A stretch of DNA of 62,765 nt, filler included, from Aduncisulcus paluster (lineage: Eukaryota), in the NCBI GenBank assembly GCA_024181965.1. It is 9 parts of 9 records of this genome, joined end to end, with 100 filler letters (N's around TTAATTAATTAA, not from the genome) between each part and the next. Parts side by side here need not be neighbours in the genome. Positions count along the whole stretch, not along the records: positions 14,584 to 37,095 come from BQXS01011237.1; positions 37,196 to 40,790 come from BQXS01011238.1; positions 40,891 to 44,508 come from BQXS01011239.1; positions 44,609 to 48,139 come from BQXS01011240.1; 5 more parts are not named here. One strand, written 5' to 3'. This document shows, piece by piece, positions 34,945-48,139 of this stretch (its first letter is position 1; every line of letters starts with the position of its first letter). Made by a program: the position numbers and the translations under genes. The notes under the pieces were generated by a model, which saw nothing but the letters and a program-made list of their open reading frames with translations, ran no database searches and was not told the origin of the DNA.

Positions 34945-37095
34945 ATGGACTTAAGAAGATTACAATATAGTTGTAAAAAGGATCCCGAATCATTTAAAGA
35001 CGAATTACTTCAGCAGAAGCTCCGTTATTTTTCATATTTAGAAGTATTTAAATTGAAACCTAACAAAAGACATTCTTCGTTTGGCGAATTAATTGGATTT
35101 TGTTGTGCTGTAGCCCCATCATACCCTTCTGAATTGGCTGATTATCCTAAATCCCTCTGTTCTATGTTAGATGATTATGCTACCGTCATGCATCCTGAGT
35201 TTAGATATCAGGTTATCCATGGGTTAATTATATTACGTGGAAAAGATGTGATTCAACCTCTGGATATTCTTCCTCTGTTTTTCCGTCTTCTCCGGATTCA
35301 TGATAAGCAGTTACGGAGAACTGTTACGCGTTTTATTGTTGGAGATATCAAAAGAATTAATGTTCAAAAAAGAAATGTAAAAGTTAACGCTAGATTGCAA
35401 GGTTTCTTATTCCGAATGGTGAGAGATCCTTCACCTCTTGCTGCAAAGCGTTCCTTGCTTATTATGGCCGAACTGTATGCAAAGAACATATGGCACGATA
35501 AAAAAACTGTTAATGTTGTTGCTGAGGCTGCTTTCCACAAAGAGCAGGTTGTTATTGAAGCTGCCGTGTTTGTTCTGCTTCATATGGATACAGCTGAGGC
35601 CGTCCGTCTTGCTTCTTCGTGCAAAGATGACGATCAAGATGACGACGATGCCGAGAAAGATACTAGACTTGCTGAACTCCAAAGACAATATTCCAAGGAG
35701 AAAGGGAAAGGATGGATATCATCAAAGAAAAGAGATAAAAATGTCAAAAAACTAGCTTCTAAAATCAAACGATTTGAAAGTTTAAAAGAGAAATCAGATC
35801 CCCTCACCCGTGGTGATTTGGCCGCCACTGCCATTTTGCTGATAAACAATCCCCAACGGTATGCCGAGAGATTGCTATCTCTTGTTGAGAAAGGCAGGAG
35901 TCGTTATAAAGTACGTACATTGATGCTTGAATTGATCAGCCGTCTCATCAGTGCCCACAGTCTCCTTGTTCCCGATATATATCCTTATTTAGAGCGTTAT
36001 CTCCGTCCCAAACAGGACCAAGTCGTGACAATGTTGAAGATTACAGTACAATCATGCCATTCTCTCGTTCCCCCCGAGTTGTTGCTCCCTATTGTCAAGA
36101 AGCTCCAGCTTGAGTTCACCACTGATGGTGCTGCCACGAACGTTATTATAGTCGGTGTTACTTCTCTCCGTGAGATGTGTTCCCGCGTTCCTCTTTTGTT
36201 GACCTCTGAGCCCACTCTTGTCACTTCCATCACTTCCCTGAAAAAGATGAAAGACAAAGGTGTCGCTATGAGTGTTCGTGGATTCATCAACCTTGTCAGA
36301 GAGATTGCTCCTTCACTGCTCAAAAGAAAGGAAAGGGATAGAGAGACTGTTGAACGTATGAGAAGTGGTGAACAGGCAGAAAGAGAAGAGGCTCTGGGCT
36401 ATGGTGTGTTCAAACCGAGGACAAGAATCGATGGCGCTGAGCTGTTGGAGAAACTTGCAGAGCAACGGAAAGCAGAGGAACAAGCCATGGCCTCTGGAGA
36501 GTTCTTTGATGACGAGGAAGAGGAAGAGGAAGAGGGAGAAGACAATGAAGGTCAGAAGAAGGAAGGAGCAGATGGAGAAGAATCCTCCGACTCCGAGTCT
36601 TCCTTCATTCGTCACACAGACCTGAGTGCACTCACACATGAAGAGTTTGAGGCTCTCTTATTGTCACAAGACACCAATGCCCTTGACAAGCAACGCTCAA
36701 GAATTATCGAGCAGTACAACTCACTCAAGTCGTGGAAGAAGAGGGAGAAAATGCTTGAGAGAGAGAGAAAGATTCTTAAAAGGATTAAAGCCGGAAAGGA
36801 ATGGATTGAGGCTCAGGGAGGAGAGGTTGAAGAGGCCATCGAAAGGGAGAAGGAAAGAAGAAGAGCCAAAGATGCTCCAAAGGTTAAAAGTACTCATAGC
36901 CATTCTTCTCATGGAGAAGGTGAGAAAGAAGAACATTCTCAAGGAGAAGGTGAGAAAGAAGACGAAGGTGAGAAAGAGGAACACAGCGATGGAGAATATG
37001 AGGAATTGGAAGAAATAGATGAAGAAGAATTGGAAGAAATGGAAGATGAGGAGGAGGAAGATGAGGAAGAAGAAGAAGAAGATGAGCAAGAAGAG
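34945..37095 (+). CDS. SDA1: SDA1 (60S biogenesis factor), 3'-truncated
   Basis: LQYSCKKDPESFKDELLQQ, ELYAKNIWHDKKTVNVVAEA, KDKGVAMSVRGFINLVREIAPSLLKRKER and IDGAELL match SDA1. Confidence 0.93.
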
Positions 37096-37195
37096 NNNNN
37101 NNNNNNNNNNNNNNNNNNNNNNNNNNNNNNNNNNNNNNNTTAATTAATTAANNNNNNNNNNNNNNNNNNNNNNNNNNNNNNNNNNNNNNNNNNNN

Positions 37196-37251
37196 TCGAG
37201 CTTTTTTCTCTCCGCCTCAGCCTTTCTAGCAGTTTGTTTGCTTCTAGCCAT
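37196..37251 (-). CDS. 5' end of an ORF beginning with a histone-H3-like tail (MARSKQTARKAEAERKKLE), cut by the contig edge
   Basis: 8 of 9 residues match H3 ARTKQTARK, then the sequence diverges. Confidence 0.4.
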
Positions 37252-37787
37252 GTCCATATATATATATATGCAGGAAAAGGTGAGATTATTTATACTCAAC
37301 GCCGGTCGGGCGCATACTAAGATATTTAGTAGCAATATGTTGTTTTATTGGCTTGTCTAATTTCTCACCGTATATATATCACGGGGAATATGATCATTAA
37401 GCCAAGAAGGAGATATGGCTGACTTAGCAATTGCGACGTATATATCATAAGGCAAAGACATCACATGTAAATTAAATTGGTAGCAAGGTAATAAATCTGG
37501 CAAACTCATGATTTCTAGTATAAAATATATCGCTGTTCATTCATATCACCTTATAACTTGATGATTATAAAGTATATCATGTCGAATCCATTTCCTTAAC
37601 CCTCTGCTAGGCGTAAACTGATTTTTCCTTCACGTATTTATTTGTAATGTCGTGATTGATTTAGCTGCAAGAAAATATAATAAATTTGCTAGCCCGACTT
37701 ATTTTATAGTCGTTAACAATAATTATTGTTAAATATTCTGATTGATTCCATTTAATTTTATTATTATTAAAGGATTAATTATAGCGA

Positions 37788-38341
37788 ATATGCCGGTATT
37801 TCATTCGGACAAAATCCAGGCAGCCCCTGAGAAATCCGATGTTATGGGACAGATTCCGATGACGATCGGAAGTTCCCAAAATGAAAATAGTGAAGATCTC
37901 AAAAGAATTATTCGAGATCAGCAAGTGCAAATTGATGAGTTGAAAAACGGGATGGACAAGTTGATCGAAATGATGAAGTCGATGGTGACGAAACAATCTA
38001 GCAAGATTGATGAGGTCCAGGAAGAAAAGGCAGTTCATGCCCATCGAGAGGAGATTTTTTCAGCTGAAACATCATCTGGGGATGGTCTTGCCGATAGTGC
38101 ACCTTTACCCCCTCTTAAACCTCCTGTACATCACTCTCCTCTCGTATTCGGACAAATGCGTCCACAGGAACTGGCTGATCCAGATACAGTCTCGATGTAT
38201 GAGCCAGCACCCCCGAAGCCTGTCAGTGGCTTGTTATCCTTCGATGAACCGCCAGTCTTAAATGAATTGAATGATAGGCTATCAGAAGTCTTCCTAAAGT
38301 ATCTACTTGTACTGTTTGTTAGACGCTTGCAAATTTATTGA
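37788..38341 (+). CDS. Hypothetical protein with a short coiled coil in a transposon-rich contig
   Basis: About 180-codon ORF from MPVFHSDK with no recognisable family. Confidence 0.45.
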
Positions 38342-39559
38342 ATCAAGGATCGGAGTGGGCCAGTTCTATAAATAGAATGTTGAGAAAGTCACACTGTTTA
38401 ATCTATGATGTCATATTATGAATGTTTCCTTGCCGAATTCGATGCTTTCTCTGATGGTGGTAAAGCTAGCTCTTTATGACGATAGTTGTTAATAAATTAA
38501 GTAAAATAATTATTAAAAATGTAAGTTATAAATGAATAAAAATCTTAGCAATTGCGAAGAAATAAAAAACAGAATAAAACAGATTTTCCAACAATTGAAA
38601 CACCATGAATTTATCTATTTTACCAGAAGGTTTCATTTATCGAATTATTAATGAAAAATTTAACGGAGAAACGGTGTTTCAGAAACTTTCAAAATCGACC
38701 CAGATGTGGTAGTCTAATACACCACCAGGATGTTATTTGATAATTATATATCACTGTTTATGTTTGTTTTATCTTTATGAGCAAACTGTTGTATTATGTG
38801 ACAAGACATGTCATCATGTTGAATATTATAAATAAATTGGCCCACAGGAAAAGTATTATTATTTTTTATTGAAGGGAATTTAAGAAGAACTGCACAGATT
38901 TCCCAAGATTATCATCTGTAGTCTGATTTATTTTACAAAGCCCTTAAAACAGAAATGACATTATCATTCTCAGCTCAGGAAGGTCATTCCAGATACGGAA
39001 TTACAAACATTAAAAAACCGATTCATGAACAAATAAGCTTCAGTTACTTGGTTTCAAATCTTGAACACACTTAGCCTGTACCGAAAAACAGATCCATTCC
39101 ATTCTACCTCTTCCGTCAGATACAATAACAAAATCTTTATTATCAGAATTTGAAAGACTTAAATTAGAGAAAACGGATATCGGAGTTATTATTTCTGACA
39201 GAGAACCTGTAAGCCAAACGGCTAATTCTGATTCCAAACTGCAGAAGACAGTTTTCTAATAATTTTATATATATATTATTTTATTATTTTATACCTTTAT
39301 TTTATTTTATAATTCTTTTTATTCGTTTATCCTCGTTTATCGAGCGTTTATGATTTGACTCGTTCAGGGGTTTTATTGCAGGTAAGAATGAACCATGCTT
39401 TCCCCTTTTTATTAATAAATTTGCTAACGCCTATATTTTCAGATCCTAATCACACCCCTCATGGAACTTGTGTGCCAAAATTTGGTAAAATCCGGATGTG
39501 AATATCGTTGGATGCCTCTCTCATATTCTTCGTGTCAGTCCGGAAAACAAAGCATGGGT

Positions 39560-39729
39560 TATGGGGAATTGGAGAGGAAGTGTTTGTAGGAAATCACACC
39601 AAGGGAACAAAACTCAATCCAAGCTTGTTCGGCCCGTTTGAAATAGTAGAGAGATCAGGGGCGAAAACTTACGTAGTAAAGAATGACATGGAACCTGATG
39701 GAAGACAAACGACTCATCCAGGCATGTAA
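39560..39729 (+). mobile_element. Ty3/gypsy-type integrase C-terminal (GPF/GPY) fragment
   Basis: GEEVFV..TKLNPSLFGPFEIVERSGAKTYVV. Confidence 0.65.
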
Positions 39730-39758
39730 GTGTCTCCGAACACAATTCTGTATATTTT

Positions 39759-40490
39759 GTGGAAAAAATGCTTCAAGGCAAGACCAACCTTTCTTTTTCC
39801 TATATTTCTTTTAAAACCAAGACCGAGTTACTAAAAGGAATCAACATATGTCTTAATGAAATGTTTGGACCTCGAGCTTTAATTATAACACTTACAGACA
39901 AAGATGGGGAAAAAACGTACAATAGATACGAATTTACACAACCAGATATGCCGGCCTTTCTGACTGAAATCGGCAAGAAAACAATCGAAAAGCAAATCAA
40001 AAGGTTCGAAAGGAAATTCTCGACTACTGAAGCAACTCTACATGTCATGACCGACGGGGTTTCGGCCTCTGTGACGGTTTACGGCAAGCCCGTGACAACT
40101 GTCGCTACGTGATACCATTAATCCGAGATCAGCTCTGGATCCAATGCTTGACGAAGAATCTCTTCCTATTGTTCCGAGTTAGTTAGTGAAGAGTCTGAGA
40201 TCGATGACCCTTCCACGTGTTTTGTAACAGATCGACATCACCTATCCGAAGTTTGGTCGACAACTGCACTACCAGTGAAGAAGAGAGCCTCTGTACGAAG
40301 GAGAGGTGTCAGTAATGGAGACTTGGAGATTGTGAGGGACGTTTTCGAAAAGAATGATGATATGTGGGCATCTGACTCTGGGTACGCCAAGTTTGATAAA
40401 AGACTTCGGTCTTGTACCATTGTTAGAACCATGAGATCTGCTTCACTCGAGGTCGGGGCTATGACCCTCATGACAAATGTTATTGAAGGC
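39759..40490 (+). pseudogene. Possible degenerate Fanzor1/TnpB-like ORF
   Basis: One frame with three stops (40110-40151): KF...HVMTDGVSASV followed about 108 codons later by MWASDSG (RuvC-I xxxDPG-like). Confidence 0.3.
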
Positions 40491-40598
40491 TACGTCCTTC
40501 ATAATTTAAGAAACTCCAGTCTTTTAATCTTTTTGCTCTCCCTATTTCTTCTTTTTGTTATTCTCCCTTTTTTTTTCACGTGCTTCTCTTTCTTTTAA

Positions 40599-40790
40599 GC
40601 TGGTTCTCTACGTTGATGGTTTCCAGAACGTTAGAGACCAGTCTTCTTCTCTAAGTGATATTTGCGGTGTGTATCTCCAGGACGTTTCAGGAGATAACAG
40701 AAGATTATCATCAATCATGGCATATGGCCTCTGTCCTGTTGCAGATAAAAAAGGGATTTCTATATGCCCTTCAATTAAGAAGTTATCCTT
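40599..40790 (+). mobile_element. Exon-like fragment of a DNA transposase (CMC/EnSpm-like)
   Basis: LVLYVDGFQ...ICGVYLQ after a pyrimidine tract ending TTAAG. Confidence 0.35.
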
Positions 40791-40890
40791 NNNNNNNNNN
40801 NNNNNNNNNNNNNNNNNNNNNNNNNNNNNNNNNNTTAATTAATTAANNNNNNNNNNNNNNNNNNNNNNNNNNNNNNNNNNNNNNNNNNNN

Positions 40891-41494
40891 AAGCAATGTT
40901 TACGGCTTTATCCATACATATTGCACAAGTATGATGTGATGATGACATAGCTGAGATTCGTTTTTCCATTTCTTCAACTTTTAATCGAAATTTAACCTTT
41001 TCACGCTCTTCAAAATCTAGAGTTTGTTGTAATTGTTGTACAATTGATGCAATATTTTTTAGTTTCTCTTGTGATTTTGAATACTTTCCAGAATATCGTT
41101 TTAGCATTGTATAGAGTTCAGATACTCTTTCATCTGCTGTTTGAGCAATATTTTTAGCCGCTGTGACTACTAATTCACGGTCTTTTGCAAGCTTAACTAG
41201 AATTCGTTTGTCGATGGTTATCTCTTTATATTCACCACAATCAGAGAGTTCAAAGGGGCGATAAATGGATGTTTTATCAGTTCTTCGTAATAATGCAGTG
41301 GAGAATTTCCCTCTAGAATTTCCACTTACGAGTTGTTTTGGTTTAGATGATGGGGCAGGAAGAGAGATAGTGGGGGACCTAATTTGCATTATAGTAGGAA
41401 CTGAAGAAGTAAATTCTTCGGCATGATGATCAAATACACACTTTAATGAACGTTGTGATACAGGAGGGGCAGAGAATACTGGAGAGGTCTCCAT
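40891..41494 (-). CDS. Coiled-coil plus RING-finger protein, 3'-truncated
   Basis: Ends at the contig edge in TCAICMDKAVNIA (start of a C3HC4 RING). Confidence 0.7.
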
Positions 41495-42247
41495 TAATAA
41501 TAAATATAACTAAATACGCAAAATATATAAATATATTTAAACGTTGATGCAATTTTTCAAAACAGAAAGGGGAAAACTCTTTGTAATATCGATTTGCGAA
41601 ATTTTCTCTTTTTCCAGCTTAGAACAAATAAAAACTCAGTATATTGAGGGAATTTTTATATACTGAACATGGGGTAAAATTAAAGATAGAAATAAATAAA
41701 TAATTTTGAGTCCCACTGGAACTCTAGGCAAGAAAGGATGAGATTTTTTATTCTGGCTCAAACGTCATCGATACACGTTACACACACTGTATTGAACGAC
41801 GAAAAAGTTGGATAAAAACAACATAAAAGGATATTTATAAACAATAATATTCAACAAATACCCAACAAGAAAGCAACATCAACAAAAATGAAGCTCAGAA
41901 AGAGTCAAGTGAAAAAAATAAGAAATTGAAACAAGAAAACAATATAATAAATAAAATAAAAGAATAAATAATGGACAAATAATGTCATTCAATTCAAAAT
42001 AACAAAAGTGATAACACGGAAAAAAAAAGAAGAATTAACAAATTGATCTCCGAAATCATTCAAACTATCCTAAATTAATGAATTAAGATAAATTAATACA
42101 GGAAAAAAAAAAAGAATGATTGCAAGAAAACAATAAATTGTTCAAAAGTATATTTGTAGAGACGCCATAGGGCTAGCTATTACGCAGATTTAAAAAAATA
42201 ATGAAACAAAAGAAAAAAAAAAAAAAAAAAAAGGAAGAAAACGACAC

Positions 42248-42879
42248 TTATTCAAAAATAAGAAGGTCTAGGGTAGATCTATCCGACATATATGATATTT
42301 CACCAGGGATTATTCCAAAACGCCTCTCTTCATAGTGTGACAATGGGTTTGACCCATTTTCTCGCAGAAATATAAGACTATCGACGAGATCGTCACTGTC
42401 TTCCTCTTCGCAGATTGGCCTGAAATATGGCCGTGAGAAAGACGTTTGACACTCAGTAAATGCCAAAGAAGGGACAGATGAAATAGTTGGCAAGTCGTCC
42501 CGGCGGTCGTGAGGACTTATTGGAGGGGTATTGGGAATTTGACAGTCGGAGTCAATAGTTTCAAAAGAATTCCGAAAACATGGGGATAAAGAATCTGTAA
42601 CGCCAAATATTGGGAAAGATGGATGGGTAGGAGAAGAAGGAACCGAAATATACCCAGAAGAATCCCCGAACGAGGAAGGAGGGAGCGTAGAAAAAGAAGT
42701 ATCCTCGCTACATTAATAGGTATGAATTTTTAAGTGTTTTGTAATATCAATTTGGTAAAATTAGAAGGTAATTTGTCAGAATGTCAAGAATGGAAAAAAG
42801 TGAGAAAACAATTTAAATCGAAATAATACCTCAGAAATAAACCGATGAATACTCATAAAATAACATACCTATGATCCAT
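42248..42879 (-). CDS. Ser/Pro-rich hypothetical protein; two exons (42879-42869, 42707-42248)
   Basis: ATGGATCATAG|GTATGT...TAATGTAG|CGAGGAT gives MDHSEDTSFSTLPP... and stays open to TAA at 42248. Confidence 0.6.
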
Positions 42880-43567
42880 AAGCCAATGAATGCAGACAAG
42901 AAAAGAAAAGAAAGTTTCTCATTTCGTGTTTACTTTAGGCAAACAATATTCCAAAACAAAAATAGTTTGCACAATTAAAATATCATAAAAAATTTTTATC
43001 GCCCATTTGAAAATATCAATAATTTGGTGTTAAACAATGAACGACAAATTCACAAAATTATCTCAAAAATCTTGCATAGAATTATCATTATAAACGTAAA
43101 AACAAGGTGTTGAAAGAATGGATATTTATTTTTTTAATAAAAATGCGAAGATTTTCTTCTCTCTGAGCATAAACCCCACCGTATGTTGTTTGACCCTCGT
43201 AAGGTCAATTCATGCCACTAACAACTTTAAATTATTTAATTCCAGCTCATAAAAAGCATTGAAAATAAATAAAATGAAATTTTTTCGGAAAAAACGGAGT
43301 AAACAAGGATATGCTGGATTTCGAGAGCACGATCTTTGCTACATGGAAGAAATGGAACAATTCAGCATAAAATAAAGCATATATTAGATAAATCTGCAAG
43401 ATATATGAATGTTAAATGTGTTGCAAAAAGTTTTTTAGCCAATTAGAGTCGAAAAAGTCGTTTATCCCTCCAATATTGGAAGACCCTCAAAACCTCTCAA
43501 AAGATCGTTATAATCAAACAAATTAATGACTACCAAGATTTTAATTCGAATAGAATGGTGGAATTAA

Positions 43568-44508
43568 TCACAGACCAGCAAAGAAATCCTTTTTCATAGC
43601 TCTTTTTCTCTTCCGAGAGGCTGCATTGTGTCTTCCAGTCTCCATTGCTTTTAATCCAAGATCCCCAACCACTCCCTTCCGTTTGGCTTTAGTTTTCTTC
43701 TTAGAAAGCTGTTTTTTCCTTGTTTCTACCTTTTTCTCTCTTTTCTTCCGATCTTTTTCCTCCTTTCTCTTCACAACTTTTTTCTGATCCCTTGCACTCA
43801 AATGAGAGAAACCAGCACTCTGTTTTAATTCACAAAGGGGCTTTGGAATGTCATATGTTTTGAATTCAGCCTCGGTTTCAATTGCATTGTCCTGAACGGT
43901 CGAAGAATCAACGACTGGGACAGAAATAGTAGTATCTTTTTCTTCTTCCTCATTTTCTGTTGCTTGTTTGTGGGATTTTTCTTCCAAATCGTCCTCATCA
44001 AGAAGATTAATAGATTCCTCTTCTTCTTCAGAAATATCAGAGTCTGATTTGTTATCTATTTTTGGAGTTGGTTCTTGTTTCTCTACTTTCCCTTTCCCTT
44101 TCCCTTTCTTCTTCTTTCCATCATCTTCATCACTATCGCTTCCATCCTCCATTTTCACAGGAACCCCTGTAAGAAGATTCAGAGCAGCTGTGAAAGCTTC
44201 AATATCAATAGAACCTGAAGATTCAACGACGGATGAGAGCTCTGACAACGACTCGGAAGTCTCGGAGGAAGAATATGAATCTTCAGACTCAGACTCAGAC
44301 TCGTCAGAATCGACATCATCATTCTCTCCTTTCTCTTCCTTTCTCTTCACAACTTTTTTCTGATCCCTTGCACTCAAATGAGAGAAACCAGCACTCTGTT
44401 TTAATTCACAAAGGGGCTTTGGAATGTCATATGTTTTGAATTCAGCCTCGGTTTCAATTGCATTGTCCTGAACGGTCGAAGAATCAACGACTGGGACAGA
44501 AATAGTAG
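43568..44508 (-). CDS. 5'-truncated acidic/basic low-complexity protein, probably nucleolar
   Basis: D/E/S tract then K/R-rich C-terminus. An about 170-bp segment is repeated in frame at 576-bp spacing (43762 and 44338). Confidence 0.6.
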
Positions 44509-45835
44509 NNNNNNNNNNNNNNNNNNNNNNNNNNNNNNNNNNNNNNNNNNNNTTAATTAATTAANNNNNNNNNNNNNNNNNNNNNNNNNNNNNNNNNNNN
44601 NNNNNNNNCCATGTGATATAAAAAACCTGCATGTTGGTGGAATTGTCACAGGGTTTTCTCAACTCATCGCAAAGTCGCCATTTGGAGCGCCCACTGCCAT
44701 ATCCCTTGTGATTGAATGGGATAAAAATACACTTTCTATCCGCTGCGAGATCATTTTATTCCTTGTACTGCACAGAGATTTGCAAGAAGGCTTCTTAATT
44801 GAATGAATGGATGTTTCGTGTCAAACACCTTGAGCTTCTTTTCTAAAGACCATCCCTCGGAGCACAGGTCTATTTCCAATGTGAGATCTTCCCTTTTTTT
44901 ATTATTATTTTTTTTTGGTGTCGTGGAATTCACAGATACCGTTTCTAATCGATTAATCGACCAACAAATGAAGCTTTGAAAGATGTCTTGTTGAGTTGGC
45001 ACACATCCAATTCATGATTAATATCAAAAGTGATTGGAGGATGATTCCATTAATCCAGGAATCTCCAGCTCTCCATGACAAAGTAGTCTTGAACTTCAGT
45101 GACTACCGTTCGAATCGTATATTCGTTTCTATAATTTGACTTTGTTCAAACTGAGCTTCGTTTTGCAGTCCATATCAAAGCGGTAACAACTTATTACTAT
45201 TCTTGAATTGTATTCCAGTTCGTGCTGGAACTTATGGGTTCTTTTGTTCTCTCCTTACCGTCCATTCGTCCACCAATTGTTTCTATCCACAAATTGATGT
45301 CTGTTATATCTGTACTATCGACAAATCAAGTCCAATAATGGTGCAATTAGGTTGCTTCTTTTTATTCTCATCAGACAACTGTGAAACGTATTCTGTGAAG
45401 ACAAGTTGTTCAAGAAAGTTTTCAAGCACAACCTTTGCTCACTCTTTGGAACAGTAATTGCACTGCAAATTGATGGTCAATGGTGGAATTGACGCAGAGA
45501 TAGGATCAGTTCTTTAATGATACCGAATTAAAAAAGATTAAAAGTCTCAATATCTGATCCTTTGAGTCCTTTAATGGCTATTATTTTCCACTTTGTGCCC
45601 AAACCAAAGGAACTTCAACCTTTGAACAAACGTGACGTTTGTTGAACAATTTAAGGTTTATTTTCAAATAAAAATGAAAATACATGATGATTTTGTAATT
45701 ATTTGTTTGATTTCTGAGATTAACATTTTCCCCCCGAGGGCCCCTAGATTCGGAGTCTCACACGACCGACAGAGAGCCTCTGTTTTCTCGTGTAAGCCAA
45801 TTTCTTCAATTTTATTCTCGGCGAATTATATTTCT

Positions 45836-48139
45836 ATGCCTGATGAAACTTCACAAATGACTGAGCTGCATGCTTATAATTGTTTAGTTCCTTTCCCGAA
45901 ACATCCATTATTAATTGAGCCATTATCACTTTCTCTTTGTACTGGGGATGTATATTATAAATCTCGAACTAGATTTCAAGAGTTTTTGAGAACTGGAAAT
46001 CCTATTATTCTATCTAGTATGGTTTTAGTCTTTTCCAAGCCTTCTCACATCAAAAACCTTGTTTTCGAGATATTTCGAAACACTTTATGCCCTCACAAAA
46101 TTAAACTTGGTGTTTTTTGTCTTGATGGACCCTTCCCAGATTCTGATTGTTCTACAAAGAATTTTGTCTTTATTGTGAATCGATCTCAGAATTTTATTGT
46201 GGATTGTCATCTTGATATCAATCTTCAAAATGTTGTCAGGATAGATCTCGAGATAGAATCAAGCTATGAACAAGTGGAACCCACAAAATGTTATTCTTGC
46301 CTTTCTCGATTAAGGTTGAATGGAATGAAAACTCCACCATCAAGGAAGCTATTTTTCCCTCTGTTTGATGAAGAAGGGAATATAAAGACGGATAGTTCAA
46401 CTGACGAGGACAGTTCCGAGTATTCTCAATCCAATAGAAAAGCTCTCCAGACTTCTGTGGAACATTACCGTTCCCTTGCACATTGGGATATCCATGTGAA
46501 AGAGGAAGAAAAGAAGTGTGCAGGTCTATTCAAATTCAGAAGATCATTGGTACCGATTATAGACTATTTAGAGGGGTGGGTTAAAGGGGAAAGGAAGAAA
46601 CTTGATCGTTTTGAGAAATCGGCTCCTCTTATTTTTCATATCATGACCATTCTTGATCATTTTGGGGCAATCAAACCTTCTCTGAAGTCTATTTTAGGAA
46701 TTGCACCCCAAAATAATGACCGTTCATCACCTTCAAATGGTTCCGATGAATCCCTCTCTGAAGAGAAACACACTGAGTATCCTCCTCATAAATTTCATTC
46801 CTCGAAATCTTTTCCCTCCTCTTCTCATTTATCATATTCAACGATATCACATGTTCCTCATACATATAACACTACTTTGATTTCTCCACATCTTGTGCGG
46901 AAAGTCTGTACCCTTGGCATCAATTCCCTTCACACTCTTCTCTCACTGATCCAGCCCCTCGTTATGTTCAGCAGATCTGTATCCTGTGACTTTAGTTTAT
47001 CCAAAGCATTACAATCGCTCATCAATTGTGTGATTAAACGATGGAAGCATTCTCTGATTTTACTTGATCACGTGCATGATACATGTGTTGATCCTGATGC
47101 TTGGGATAAAATTCATGCATTAACTGGTTGCTCTGTGATGGATTCATCCCAACAGAACAATGTTAAGTATTATAATCCATTTGTCACCCTTTCTCATAAG
47201 GAATCACAGGTTATCGATCGACTCCTTGGGATGGAAAAGCTTAGAAAAGAGTGGGTGAGTGATATTCACAAGCTCTATGTTTCTGAGGGTTTGTCCGATG
47301 AGCCCGCCACAAGCTCTCCAGTAGACATCAAACATTCTTCTCGAAAATATCGAAAAGGCAAGAGAGAGAAGAAATCAAAAACATCTTCGAATCCAAGCAC
47401 CACCACAGCAAGCTGTCCCACTACCGCTCGTATTGAAAGTTCTCTCAAAGCTCAGTTCAGACACTTATTCGAAATGTTTCCCGAGTCTGATGTTGATGCT
47501 TCCATAGAGGTAATTAATGAGGAAAAGCAGAATTCCTATCGATATTCATTGTATCAACATATGGTGCTGCTTTGTGGCCATATTGAAAGGACAATTACTC
47601 TCAAAAAGACTCAGCGGCGTAGTTCTAGTGTTTCATCAAGGCCAAACGTTCAGCATAGTATAGTTCAGCAGTCTGACGTGGAAGTTTCATCCCATGATAG
47701 TGTTTCTTCTCCTTCTTCCTCATCAACTTCTTCTTCTTCTCGTTCTTCTTCTGAAATCGGTGTTCCTAATTTAGAATCTATTTTTAGAACATTTAAAACC
47801 GTAGCACCTGAGGATATTTTTAGCTCAGTTGATGATTCCCCAATTGATCTGACTATTAAAGGGTTAAAAAAGGCTACCACAAACATTCTTGATGAGTATA
47901 TGGTTTCCTGCGATGAAGTCAACAGCAAAAGACGCAGAATTCGAGTGTTCACATTCGGTGAGGAAGCCGAAAAGGAATGGAGAACCCCTTCATGGAAGGA
48001 TCCTTGGGATTCACCGCTTGATGATGAGGAGGAAGAGAAGGACAAGAAAAAGGGTGAAGAAAAGAGCGAAAAAGTTGTTGGAAAAGAAACAACTGTGAAA
48101 CAGCCGAAAGAATCTCTTCCTACCGCACAGCCAGTACAT
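45836..48139 (+). CDS. Large hypothetical protein, 3'-truncated; N-terminal beta-rich domain resembles those of the kinase at 58845
   Basis: More than 760 codons open from MPDETSQ; LVFSKPSHIKNLVF...HLDINLQNVVRIDLEIESSY. Confidence 0.75.
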
